21,804 bases of DNA from positions 1 through 21,804 of the forward strand of contig JBBRMF010000067.1 of the NCBI GenBank assembly GCA_038230975.1, written 5' to 3'. The notes under the pieces were generated by a model. The model searched no databases. It saw only the letters and a list, made by a program, of their open reading frames with translations, and was not told the DNA's origin. Of this stretch, positions 1 to 6,894 are shown piece after piece. Each line of letters begins with the position of its first letter. Positions within the stretch are counted from its first letter, which is position 1. This DNA is from Tepidisphaerales bacterium (GTDB lineage: Bacteria; Planctomycetota; Phycisphaerae; Tepidisphaerales; Tepidisphaeraceae). Made by a program: the position numbers and the translations under genes.

Positions 1-53
1 GAACCTGTCGAAGTTTGATGATTCGCTGATTGCCGAGGCGATTGAATTTATTC

Positions 54-392
54 TTAGGGGGCTGAGGCGGTGATTTTTTTTGGTCGCCGTGCCGAAGGCC
101 TATTCGTGTTCGCAGTTGTGCTGGAAGCAGTCTTCGGTGTCGCGCGCGCGGCGCTGGCATTTAAAATGGTCACTCCGACGATGGTTCGTCCATCTTTCCG
201 GATCAGAGTATCTTCATCGAGTTCGATGGTTTTGGTTGCGCCCTGCGGCCTGCGAAAGCTCATGTAAAGGACGTCCGCCTCGCGGTCGTAGTCGACCCAC
301 ATATGCTGAGCAGGGAGGCGGAGCATTTCGGATGCCACGGCGGAGCAGGTCGCAAGGAAGTCACGCGTTGAGGCGGTTAAGGTCTTGCCCAT
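54..392 (-). CDS. DUF2283-like small protein, the antitoxin-like partner of a DUF4258/DUF2283 pair. The true start may be an internal ATG at 326 or 302.
   Basis: 112-aa ORF. The core MWVDYDREADVLYMSF...TIELDEDTLIRKDGRTIVGVTILNAS matches the N-terminal consensus of DUF2283 (YD.eaDaLYI) that I remember. It overlaps the upstream DUF4258 ORF by 16 nt (377-392), which suggests translational coupling. The last ~35 aa are a low-complexity S/T/A/R/P tail that is unusual for this family. Confidence 0.6.
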   Translation of the reverse strand: MGKTLTASTRDFLATCSAVASEMLRLPAQHMWVDYDREADVLYMSFRRPQGATKTIELDEDTLIRKDGRTIVGVTILNASAARATPKTASSTTANTNRPSARRPKKITASAP

Positions 393-676
393 TCGATTTT
401 TCCCTTCGGTGTGGTGTTTAAAAAGTACGCCGTAATGATGAAGCCGTCGTTCCGCGACATTTCGCGGTAAACGACGATGAGCCAGTTGCGCTTTCCGCGG
501 CTTCGTGCAGCCTTCAGCGAGCCGGCGTTACCGCGAACGACGAGCTGCGGTGTTTCGACTGCATCAAGGACGTCGTGAAAATGGCTAGCCATTTCATCGT
601 GGTTCTCGACAATATGATACCACCGCTCGTGGGTCAAACGAATCGGGACGCCGTTCACCGAGCGGGCGGTAACCAT
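377..676 (-). CDS. DUF4258-like small protein, the toxin-like component with a RelE/ParE-type fold in this family.
   Basis: 99-aa ORF. The sequence PIRLTHERWYHIVENH...RNWLIVVYRE...GFIITAYF fits the DUF4258 pattern (I.lT.HA.eRm...gi......VV......d..IITvY). AGGAGA lies about 5 nt upstream of the ATG at 676. The gene sits directly upstream of and overlapping the DUF2283 gene. Confidence 0.65.
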   Translation of the reverse strand: MVTARSVNGVPIRLTHERWYHIVENHDEMASHFHDVLDAVETPQLVVRGNAGSLKAARSRGKRNWLIVVYREMSRNDGFIITAYFLNTTPKGKIEWARP

Positions 677-717
677 TCATCTCTCCTGGAATTCCTGCGG
701 ATCTCACGACGGAAGGC

Positions 718-752
718 ACTATACCTCTCTGTCGTCTTAATTAACAACGCAG
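718..752 (-). promoter_or_regulatory. Candidate sigma70-type promoter for the DUF4258/DUF2283 operon: TTGTTA-N18-TATAGT read on the minus strand.
   Basis: The minus-strand reading of 718-752 is gcgTTGTTAattaagacgacagagaggTATAGT, with the -10 ending about 40 nt upstream of the ATG at 676. It is a by-eye hexamer match only. Confidence 0.25.
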
Positions 753-820
753 CGAAGTTTTGTGGTTCGCATCAGGCGCGACGATTTTCGAATGCGTCCC
801 GCCCGTGGGGATTTTTTCAG

Positions 821-836
821 TTGGCATAGTTGGCAT
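821..836. repeat. Direct repeat TTGGCAT-AG-TTGGCAT, upstream of the toxin-antitoxin operon and downstream of the 875-1906 gene.
   Basis: An exact 7-bp direct repeat with a 2-bp spacer, seen in the sequence. It could be an operator for autoregulation or could be chance. Confidence 0.3.
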
Positions 837-874
837 TGATATTTTTCTGAAGGCACGGTTTGATTCTTAAGGAA

Positions 875-1906
875 TTATTGTTTCATTCTAGATTGTGCCT
901 CTATGTCCCACCGCATCGCCCAGCGAAGCCAGCCAATTCGTGAGACGGACCTGGGAAGACTTCCGTCCCAGTACGCTTGCGCAATCGAGACGCCGATCCC
1001 TAGAATCGGACCAACGGGGCCGATGAACGGAAATGCTCCAAGCCCGCCGACAACACCGGCTGCAAAGGTTAAATTTTTTTCGGCCGCCCCAAGTCGGGCC
1101 GGTAGTCCGACCTTTGCAGCCAGTTCCCGAATAACCCCACTCTCCACTTGACCGGGCTTCACTAAGTGGATTCCTAACTCACGAACAGCACCCCTTAATT
1201 CATGAATAAGCGAGGTGTATTCGTCCTGTGTTAATTGAGGTGCCATTTCAGCAATGGTTCGTGCGAACGAAATTGCTCCCATTGGTTTAGAGGCCGGCGC
1301 TATATCGAGCGACGGGTGAATCATTGAATCAGTGCGAATTGGGTGATTCAGGTATGCGCAGCCCGCTCCAGCTATCTCACCGTACATCGGATATCGAAGA
1401 ACTACGTCCAAAGCGTATAGAAACGCCTCAAGTGTGATTCCAGCTAACGAAGCTTGCCGGCGCGCAGACTCGTTTGCGCGAACTTTTCCGACATCGAAAA
1501 CGAAATGGTGTGGAACATGTTCTGTATGCCAATTACTAATCCAAGATTCTCGATGGAGGGCAATCCACTGTTGGATACTGTTTGGATTGCCTCGGCACCA
1601 GCCCGCGAACTGTTCTACGCATGTGGTTAGATGTTCGTCCGCAACGGCTCGCTGAGAATCAGTTGAGTAAAGTCGTGGCGTAAAGACATTTGAATCCCGA
1701 GACGCCAGCTGGAGAACTATTGCAGGACCGGTGCGTAACTCCGCAGCGTTGTTAGATGCCGGAAGTGGATAACTGACTTGGTCGCTGTAAACAGCGAGAT
1801 CAACGAGATCACCTGCAAGCTGTGCCGCCCAAGGATCACGAACACCGTTTCGGAACAGCGACTCTACGGCATGAAGCGAGGAAATGTCGATGAGTGTCTG
1901 GGTCAT
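875..1906 (-). CDS. Hypothetical protein of 343 aa with no family I can recognise. It has a Gly-rich hydrophobic segment near the C-terminus.
   Basis: A long minus-strand ORF with codon usage similar to its neighbours. The C-terminal stretch LTFAAGVVGGLGAFPFIGPVGPILGIGVSIAQAYW looks like a membrane or amphipathic segment. The RBS is weak (AGGTTGA). Confidence 0.55.
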   Translation of the reverse strand: MTQTLIDISSLHAVESLFRNGVRDPWAAQLAGDLVDLAVYSDQVSYPLPASNNAAELRTGPAIVLQLASRDSNVFTPRLYSTDSQRAVADEHLTTCVEQFAGWCRGNPNSIQQWIALHRESWISNWHTEHVPHHFVFDVGKVRANESARRQASLAGITLEAFLYALDVVLRYPMYGEIAGAGCAYLNHPIRTDSMIHPSLDIAPASKPMGAISFARTIAEMAPQLTQDEYTSLIHELRGAVRELGIHLVKPGQVESGVIRELAAKVGLPARLGAAEKNLTFAAGVVGGLGAFPFIGPVGPILGIGVSIAQAYWDGSLPRSVSRIGWLRWAMRWDIEAQSRMKQ

Positions 1907-2103
1907 AGATCAACCTGAAAAAAACGTATCGTCCACTAAAACCACAAGAGTTTTTCTCCTAATCTCGTCTGCCCAATCTTGTTTTTATACGTAGCCTTGG
2001 CCGAACTGCGTACATTGAATCCTTTAACATTTCAATCGCCGGATTAGAGCATCTGAATACCAAAAGTATTACAAACCATTTCTCATGGAAATTTCCGAGG
2101 AAA

Positions 2104-2121
2104 TGCAATTTGTGCATTGCA
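2104..2121. promoter_or_regulatory. Palindrome TGCAAT-N6-ATTGCA with a third ATTGC half-site at 2126-2130. The same palindrome core recurs at 7316-7329.
   Basis: The sequence tgcaatttgtgcattgca has perfect 6-bp inverted arms. It lies about 40 nt downstream of the SPFH gene stop (2162) and about 200 nt upstream of the start of the 875-1906 gene. Confidence 0.3.
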
Positions 2122-2161
2122 AGCTATTGCCGTCATTCCCAAAACCCAACAAGTTGCCGCG

Positions 2162-3835
2162 CTACTTTCTCTCTTGCGGCCCCTCAATCATCTTCGTCGC
2201 CCCGACCTGCTCGAAACTTTTCAGGTCCGTCCAGAGCGTTCCCGGTCCAGAGAAGATTAAACGCAGATCCTTCGGCTCGAAACTTTTCGCGAAAATATAT
2301 AAGTTATAGCTCTGCGGCGTTCCAAACGCGTCGATCATCAGCTTTGCGCCTTTGGCTTCGGCTTCGTTCTTCATACGTTCGACGTCGGCCATGGCTTTAC
2401 CCATGATTTGGGTGCGTTTGGCATCGAGCTCGGCGATTTGTTTCTCGATGTCGGCCACATCCAATTCCCGTTGGGCATCGATCTCGGCGGCTTTCTTTTC
2501 ACCCTCGGCTTGCAGCCCGGCGGTTTTGACCTTGGTGTCGCCGGCGACGGTTTCACGGGCGATATCGATCAGTTTCTCTTCTTGTTCGAGCGTCGCCTTC
2601 TTCGTGGCGGTGGTCGTTTTTTGCTGGTTGGTCAGATCTTTTTCGATTTCGATGTTCGTCTGCTGGATGGTCGCCAACAGGCCGGTGGTTTGATCCTTGC
2701 CGGTATTGTCGCGAACGGTGATGTTGCGAATGAGCGCGAGCAGCACATGCACATTGCGGCTTTCCATGTGCTTTTCCAACGACTTGGACAAAGCATCCTG
2801 GAATTCGCTGCGGGTTGAGCCCTGGATCAATTCTTTGGCGGAGTAACGCGCGCCTTCGTTTTGGCAGGCGGCCTTCATGGCAGGTTCAATCACGTTATCG
2901 CGCACCTGATCGACTCCACCGATATTGGCGATGATATTCGGAGCGTCGGCCGGGCTTCGTCCCCAGACGACGGTAAAGTCGGCTTCAATCTGATAACCGT
3001 CGCTGCTGTAAAACTTGATGGAAGTGTCGTCACTGGCGCGGCCGCCTTTTGCACTCCCACCTTTATGTTCCAATGTAATGGCATCGTATCCCACGGGCAC
3101 GATATTGACCTTCATCAAACGTGGGTTGAGGTAGTAAATACCCGGTTGCAGAACGTTCTTTAAGATTCCACGCTGGGTGGGGCCGGTGACGAGTCGTGAG
3201 CGCGGAGCAGTCGGCTGTGTTGACGATGCGGCGTTCGCAGGGGCGATCGACAGCGGAGTCATATCTACCATTCCATCGGTATCGCCGGTCAAGCGAGTGA
3301 CGACGCCAACCGATCCCGGGGGGACTATCGTCGCCAGTTCTTTTCTCACTTCTTTTTGTTGCGGATTGATTTTGTAGATGCCGGGTGTGAGTACCTCGCG
3401 CTGAATGCCTTTGTAACTTGCTTCAACCACATCCATGCCGGCCGGTGGAGTCTTGCCTTCCTTCAGGGCGACAAGACCAATTTCCGGGATGGTCGATTTA
3501 TCTTTGATGTGACCTTCGGAATCGAATTCCCACTTCGTGGGATCGCCGGCGGAAATCTGCACGAGAGGGACCGTGCTCCAACTGTGCATTAATGGATTGA
3601 GAAAATATCGTCCCGGGCCGAGCAGTTCTTCTTGAACGCCTTTGAAGCGGTTGTCGTTTGCGGGGACGACGATGCGCTCGGTCGGCAGGGCGTCACCGAA
3701 TTTATTGCTGACCATGAGCGCTTCATTCGGACCGACATAGGCCCGCTCGAATACCCAGTGCATGATGAGGTAAAAGCCAAAGAGTACGACACAGAGAGTG
3801 ACGCCGGTGATGATTAGTTTTTTGATACTGTTCAT
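2162..3835 (-). CDS. SPFH/Band-7 family membrane protein, flotillin-like. It has an N-terminal transmembrane helix and a C-terminal coiled coil with AEAE-type repeats.
   Basis: 557-aa ORF with an N-terminal hydrophobic helix (LIITGVTLCVVLFGFYLIM). The segment IEADFTVVWGRS...NVHVLLALIRNITV is SPFH-like. Downstream is a Glu/Lys/Ala-rich coiled coil (IDAQRELDVADIEKQIAELDAKR...EAEAKGAK). Three N-terminal L.PG.Y.lNP motifs are present. Confidence 0.8.
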   Translation of the reverse strand: MNSIKKLIITGVTLCVVLFGFYLIMHWVFERAYVGPNEALMVSNKFGDALPTERIVVPANDNRFKGVQEELLGPGRYFLNPLMHSWSTVPLVQISAGDPTKWEFDSEGHIKDKSTIPEIGLVALKEGKTPPAGMDVVEASYKGIQREVLTPGIYKINPQQKEVRKELATIVPPGSVGVVTRLTGDTDGMVDMTPLSIAPANAASSTQPTAPRSRLVTGPTQRGILKNVLQPGIYYLNPRLMKVNIVPVGYDAITLEHKGGSAKGGRASDDTSIKFYSSDGYQIEADFTVVWGRSPADAPNIIANIGGVDQVRDNVIEPAMKAACQNEGARYSAKELIQGSTRSEFQDALSKSLEKHMESRNVHVLLALIRNITVRDNTGKDQTTGLLATIQQTNIEIEKDLTNQQKTTTATKKATLEQEEKLIDIARETVAGDTKVKTAGLQAEGEKKAAEIDAQRELDVADIEKQIAELDAKRTQIMGKAMADVERMKNEAEAKGAKLMIDAFGTPQSYNLYIFAKSFEPKDLRLIFSGPGTLWTDLKSFEQVGATKMIEGPQERK

Positions 3836-3875
3836 AGGGTTTCCAAACAGTTTGTGCTTCTCTTTCTTCTGTCAA

Positions 3876-3892
3876 GGTCAGCTAAACTGACC
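3876..3892. promoter_or_regulatory. Inverted repeat GGTCAG-ctaaa-CTGACC in the 80-nt spacer between the two SPFH genes.
   Basis: A perfect 6-bp inverted repeat with a 5-nt loop, seen in the sequence. It lies within the probable 5-prime leader of the downstream SPFH gene, which starts at 3835. Confidence 0.25.
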
Positions 3893-3915
3893 AATCCGCA
3901 GTGCATTTGTGAAAC

Positions 3916-5625
3916 TTAGTGTTGGGAATCCGTCAGTTTGCTTGATGGATTCGCTTTCACTGAAGGGGCGCTGAATTGCTTGAACAAATCGGCGAACGGG
4001 CCGTCGGTGTTGCTCAGGATCGATTTGATCGAAGGCGCGACTTTCTGATAGAAGAAGTAGCGGGCGTAGGTGTCGCCGTCACCGAAGGCCAGAACCTGCT
4101 GTCGCAATGGTTCGGCTTCTGCCTGCCGTTTCAGAAGAATGACCTCCGCCTCGGCTTTGCCGCGGAACATCATGGCATCCGCCACCTTTTGTGCGGCTTC
4201 CAATTTCAGTTTTGCAACCGCCAGATCCTGTTGCGCTTTTGTCATTGCGACTTCGCGCATCTGTTCGGCTTTCTTGGTGACAGTCACCACATCTTTATTG
4301 GTCTTGCCGATGTCTTGATTCTGATTGGCCATCTCCATCTGCGCGCCGAGGAGCGCGGCACTGCGGGCAACTTTGATCTGTTGCTCGTACTGAAGAATCT
4401 GTTCTTTGGCGATTTCGCGTTCGTTGATCGGTTGCTTGATCTGAATAGGTGGTTCGATGTTTCGAACCAGGGCTTGCTTGACGAGGATTCCTTCCTTCTT
4501 GCAGGCCACACGCAACTGTCGTTCAAATTCCATTTGGAATTTCAGCTTGGTGTCACCACTGATGAAATCGCGTGCGAGGTATTGGCTGCCGACCAATCGG
4601 CAAAAACTTCTGGAGTAGGGGAGAATGACCTTTTCTTCCAGGAATTCAATCAGGCCACCCCCTTCGGCATATTGCACATAAATAAGCGGCAATTGTTCCG
4701 GATCGATTGACCATTCGACGAATCCTTCGAGCTGAATGTCGAAGCTGTCTGAGGATGGGAATTTGATCGCATCCGCGCCGATCATTTGAAAACGCTGCGA
4801 GAGAATGCTGATCGGCATGATCCGTTTCTCAAACGGATTGACATACCGGAATCCTTCCGGTTCGGTCTGCTGCTGCACGCCTTGCTCACCGGTTTTGACC
4901 AGATATTGATTCGAGTCCGAGGTTGGTTTGCCGGCCATGATTGTGACCACACCCCGGTAACCGGGATCGATGGTCATGGGTGGCACGTGTTTAATTTCAT
5001 AAGCGAACGGATTGGCATACTCGTTATAGCGGCCAGGTGGCAGCAGGATTTGCAGCGGGCCGCGCTGATCTCGCGCGGGGTCGGCCAGCACTTGCCCGGT
5101 ATCGAGCGGCTTACCGAACTTTTTGACGACGATGCCGACTTTATCCGCCGGAATAATCGCTCCATCGCCACCCCCATATTCAGACTTATGATGGCTTGAA
5201 TTCAGGGGGATGATATATCGTTCGTAATCGAATGGGCTGAATTGGAAATACGTTCCTTCGGGAACAACCTGTTCCAGAATTCCGTTACAATTACCGTATT
5301 CTTTTTCCCAAACGGCATATGCCGGTGTCCCGAGAGGTGGCGCTTTGGGGACGATGGTCTGATCGCCGCGCAGGCTCCTGTTGCCATTTTTCTTGAGAAG
5401 CACCAGGACATTGCCCTGCTCCACCACAACGCGGCGGACTTCCCAAATATAGAGTAAATATCCGACGAACATCACGACGGCGAGAACTCCAAGATTCTTC
5501 CTCCAATTCGGGGGTCGATACCCACCGCGCACATTTCGAAGCGGAGGAGGGCCGCTTCGGCCGCCTGACGACCTCACGCGAAATGCATCTGCTTCCGATG
5601 AAGGATCTGTCGTGACCTCGGACAT
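3916..5625 (-). CDS. Second SPFH/Band-7 flotillin-like membrane protein, paralogous to 2162-3835. The ORF track extends it to 5772, but the start at 5625 is preferred.
   Basis: It has a transmembrane helix (LGVLAVVMFVGYLLYIW) and an SPFH core (FDIQLEGFVEWSIDPEQLPLIYVQY...ILPYSRSFCRLVGSQY...GILVKQALVRNIEPP). A flotillin-like AEAE coiled coil follows (KAEAEVILLKRQAEAEPL). The ATG at 5625 is preceded by GGAG with 6-nt spacing, whereas the longer form would overlap the upstream gene by 86 nt. Confidence 0.8.
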   Translation of the reverse strand: MSEVTTDPSSEADAFRVRSSGGRSGPPPLRNVRGGYRPPNWRKNLGVLAVVMFVGYLLYIWEVRRVVVEQGNVLVLLKKNGNRSLRGDQTIVPKAPPLGTPAYAVWEKEYGNCNGILEQVVPEGTYFQFSPFDYERYIIPLNSSHHKSEYGGGDGAIIPADKVGIVVKKFGKPLDTGQVLADPARDQRGPLQILLPPGRYNEYANPFAYEIKHVPPMTIDPGYRGVVTIMAGKPTSDSNQYLVKTGEQGVQQQTEPEGFRYVNPFEKRIMPISILSQRFQMIGADAIKFPSSDSFDIQLEGFVEWSIDPEQLPLIYVQYAEGGGLIEFLEEKVILPYSRSFCRLVGSQYLARDFISGDTKLKFQMEFERQLRVACKKEGILVKQALVRNIEPPIQIKQPINEREIAKEQILQYEQQIKVARSAALLGAQMEMANQNQDIGKTNKDVVTVTKKAEQMREVAMTKAQQDLAVAKLKLEAAQKVADAMMFRGKAEAEVILLKRQAEAEPLRQQVLAFGDGDTYARYFFYQKVAPSIKSILSNTDGPFADLFKQFSAPSVKANPSSKLTDSQH

Positions 5626-5686
5626 AGAAATCTCCGTTCTTGTATTCAACTTCTGACTTCGTGCAAAATGGCGATGGCGATCGTTC

Positions 5687-5875
5687 TCACAAGGGTTTCC
5701 CGCATCGCCGACAGTATCGTGCCTGCGGTGGATGATCCTCACCGCATGCACGACATACGGGCAATCCGGCATTCGAATTCCGGCGCTTTTTTGGCGTTAA
5801 AATCGATAGCACCACATAGACCGTTACGATCAATATAAAAACGGCTAACAGGGGAAACTCCGCGAAAGATCCCAT
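5687..5875 (-). CDS. Small membrane protein of 62 aa: an N-terminal transmembrane helix followed by a C-terminal CxxC...CxxC zinc ribbon.
   Basis: Sequence MGSFAEFPLLAVFILIVTVYVVLSILTPKKRR followed by CRACGEDHPPQARYCRRCGKPL. AGGTGA sits about 8 nt upstream of the ATG. It is the first gene of the co-directional cluster with the two SPFH genes and may be a functional analogue of an NfeD-type partner, which is inference. Confidence 0.5.
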   Translation of the reverse strand: MGSFAEFPLLAVFILIVTVYVVLSILTPKKRRNSNAGLPVCRACGEDHPPQARYCRRCGKPL

Positions 5876-5966
5876 GATAATTCACCTTGTCACATTGAAG
5901 GTGGACTCTGTACGTTTCAGCCGCGGCACACATGGACAATCATCGGGACCGTGTCCGCTGACGTCT

Positions 5967-5991
5967 ATTATAATCGACAGCAACATTATAA
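5967..5991. promoter_or_regulatory. AT-rich inverted repeat TTATAAT-N11-ATTATAA. It gives a TATAAT hexamer on both strands and is a candidate -10 element or operator about 100 nt upstream of the minus-strand cluster that starts at 5875.
   Basis: 7-bp perfect inverted arms seen in the sequence. TATAAT is at 5968-5973 on the plus strand and at 5985-5990 on the minus strand. Confidence 0.3.
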
Positions 5992-6243
5992 ACCGAAGTA
6001 TTGCGAAATTTACGAGATTACTTTTTCGGCGGCTACAGGCATCGTACGGCGTAGCCATGGAATTAAATGGGAGGGATCGGAAATTGCGAATTTCGTGCGA
6101 CGCGGAATTTTGGGTGGGTTGCCGAGCGGGTTTATGTAAGTTTGGAACGGATTGCCAGCGAGAGGGTCTAACAGGTTCGTTAGAGGAAAGCGGATGAAGG
6201 TATGAATGAAGCGTTTTCCCAGGGATGAGGGATTGTCGAATGA

Positions 6244-6322
6244 TTTAGCCGGGTCGCTTGCGAAGCGTGTCCGAGGCCTTCGGACTGGCCGCTAAACACG
6301 GTTCGCAAGCGAATCGGCTAAA
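6244..6322. other. Long nested inverted repeat forming a stem-loop structure of about 79 nt: an outer 21-bp imperfect stem enclosing a GC-rich inner hairpin. It may be an RNA structural or regulatory element.
   Basis: The arms tttagccgggtcgcttgcgaa (6244-6264) and ttcgcaagcgaatcggctaaa (6302-6322) are reverse complements with 2 mismatches. Nested inside them is GTCCGA-ggcct-TCGGAC (6269-6285). There is no U-tract immediately 3-prime on either strand, so it is not a canonical intrinsic terminator. Confidence 0.4.
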
Positions 6323-6387
6323 TAAATCAAATTAAATCGACCAATCCATGATTGGGGCGGTGATTGCAGGAAAGGTCACGCGGGGGC

Positions 6388-6894
6388 TCAATCCATGACG
6401 CCGAGCATGATGAGGACGGCTTCCTGTCGAATCGTCACGATCTCCCGCAACTCAGCCTGTTGCTTTTGCAGTTCGGCCTTGGCTTTTTCTTTGGCCGCCC
6501 GAAGTGCCGCGACTTTTTCTTTGATGTCTGCGGGCTTACTTTCCTTGTTATCGGTGACCGCGCGTAGATCGGCTGCTTTTTGCTGTACTTCTGATTTTGG
6601 CTGATCGTCGGCGAGGCTACCGGGTGGGCGGAATCCACCGCCACCACCGCCGAACATCATTCCGCCCATTCCACCACCGGAATCGCGTTTTTGCTGTTGG
6701 ATGGCTTCGACTTTCGGTTGCAGCACTTTCCATTCATCATCGGAGGCGGCGAGCATCTCCTTCATTCGCTCGGACATACGCTGGCGCATCTGCGCGAAAT
6801 CCGGCGGTCCACCGCCTGGCGCCGGTTGCGCCAGGGTCGGCAGGACTGCCGCAGTGCAGATCAAAAACGTGGCGAGAATAGAACGATTGGACAT
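6388..6894 (-). CDS. Secreted or periplasmic Gly-rich coiled-coil protein of 168 aa, possibly a member of the Spy/CpxP-like (LTXXQ) periplasmic family.
   Basis: The signal peptide is MSNRSILATFLICTAAVLPTLAQ. It has a poly-Gly stretch (GGGMGGMMFGGGGGGF) and a Lys/Glu/Ala-rich helical C-terminus that includes a VTIRQ (LTXXQ-like) motif. GGAAGGA lies upstream of the ATG. Confidence 0.6.
   Translation of the reverse strand: MSNRSILATFLICTAAVLPTLAQPAPGGGPPDFAQMRQRMSERMKEMLAASDDEWKVLQPKVEAIQQQKRDSGGGMGGMMFGGGGGGFRPPGSLADDQPKSEVQQKAADLRAVTDNKESKPADIKEKVAALRAAKEKAKAELQKQQAELREIVTIRQEAVLIMLGVMD

Noticed and set aside
1-53. A possible terminator downstream of the DUF2283 gene.
   Set aside because: Only an imperfect ATTCGC...GCGATT pairing is present, and there is no convincing stem plus U-run.
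850-899. The hairpin AGGCAC...GTGCCT spanning the stop of the 875-1906 gene, a possible terminator.
   Set aside because: The 6-bp stem has a loop of about 38 nt and no U-tract, so it is too weak to call.
2085-2406. Plus-strand ORFs 2085-2309 and 2110-2406 downstream of the 343-aa gene.
   Set aside because: They overlap the 3-prime end of the SPFH gene 2162-3835 on the opposite strand, are Ser/Arg/Pro-rich, and have no RBS.
5874-6197. Plus-strand ORFs 5874-6197 (107 aa) and 5951-6139 (62 aa) in the long gap between minus-strand genes, and the minus-strand ORF 5739-5939.
   Set aside because: They have no RBS, odd composition, and overlap promoter or leader sequence of the minus-strand cluster or the zinc-ribbon gene. 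The region is treated as non-coding and flagged for RNA-seq.
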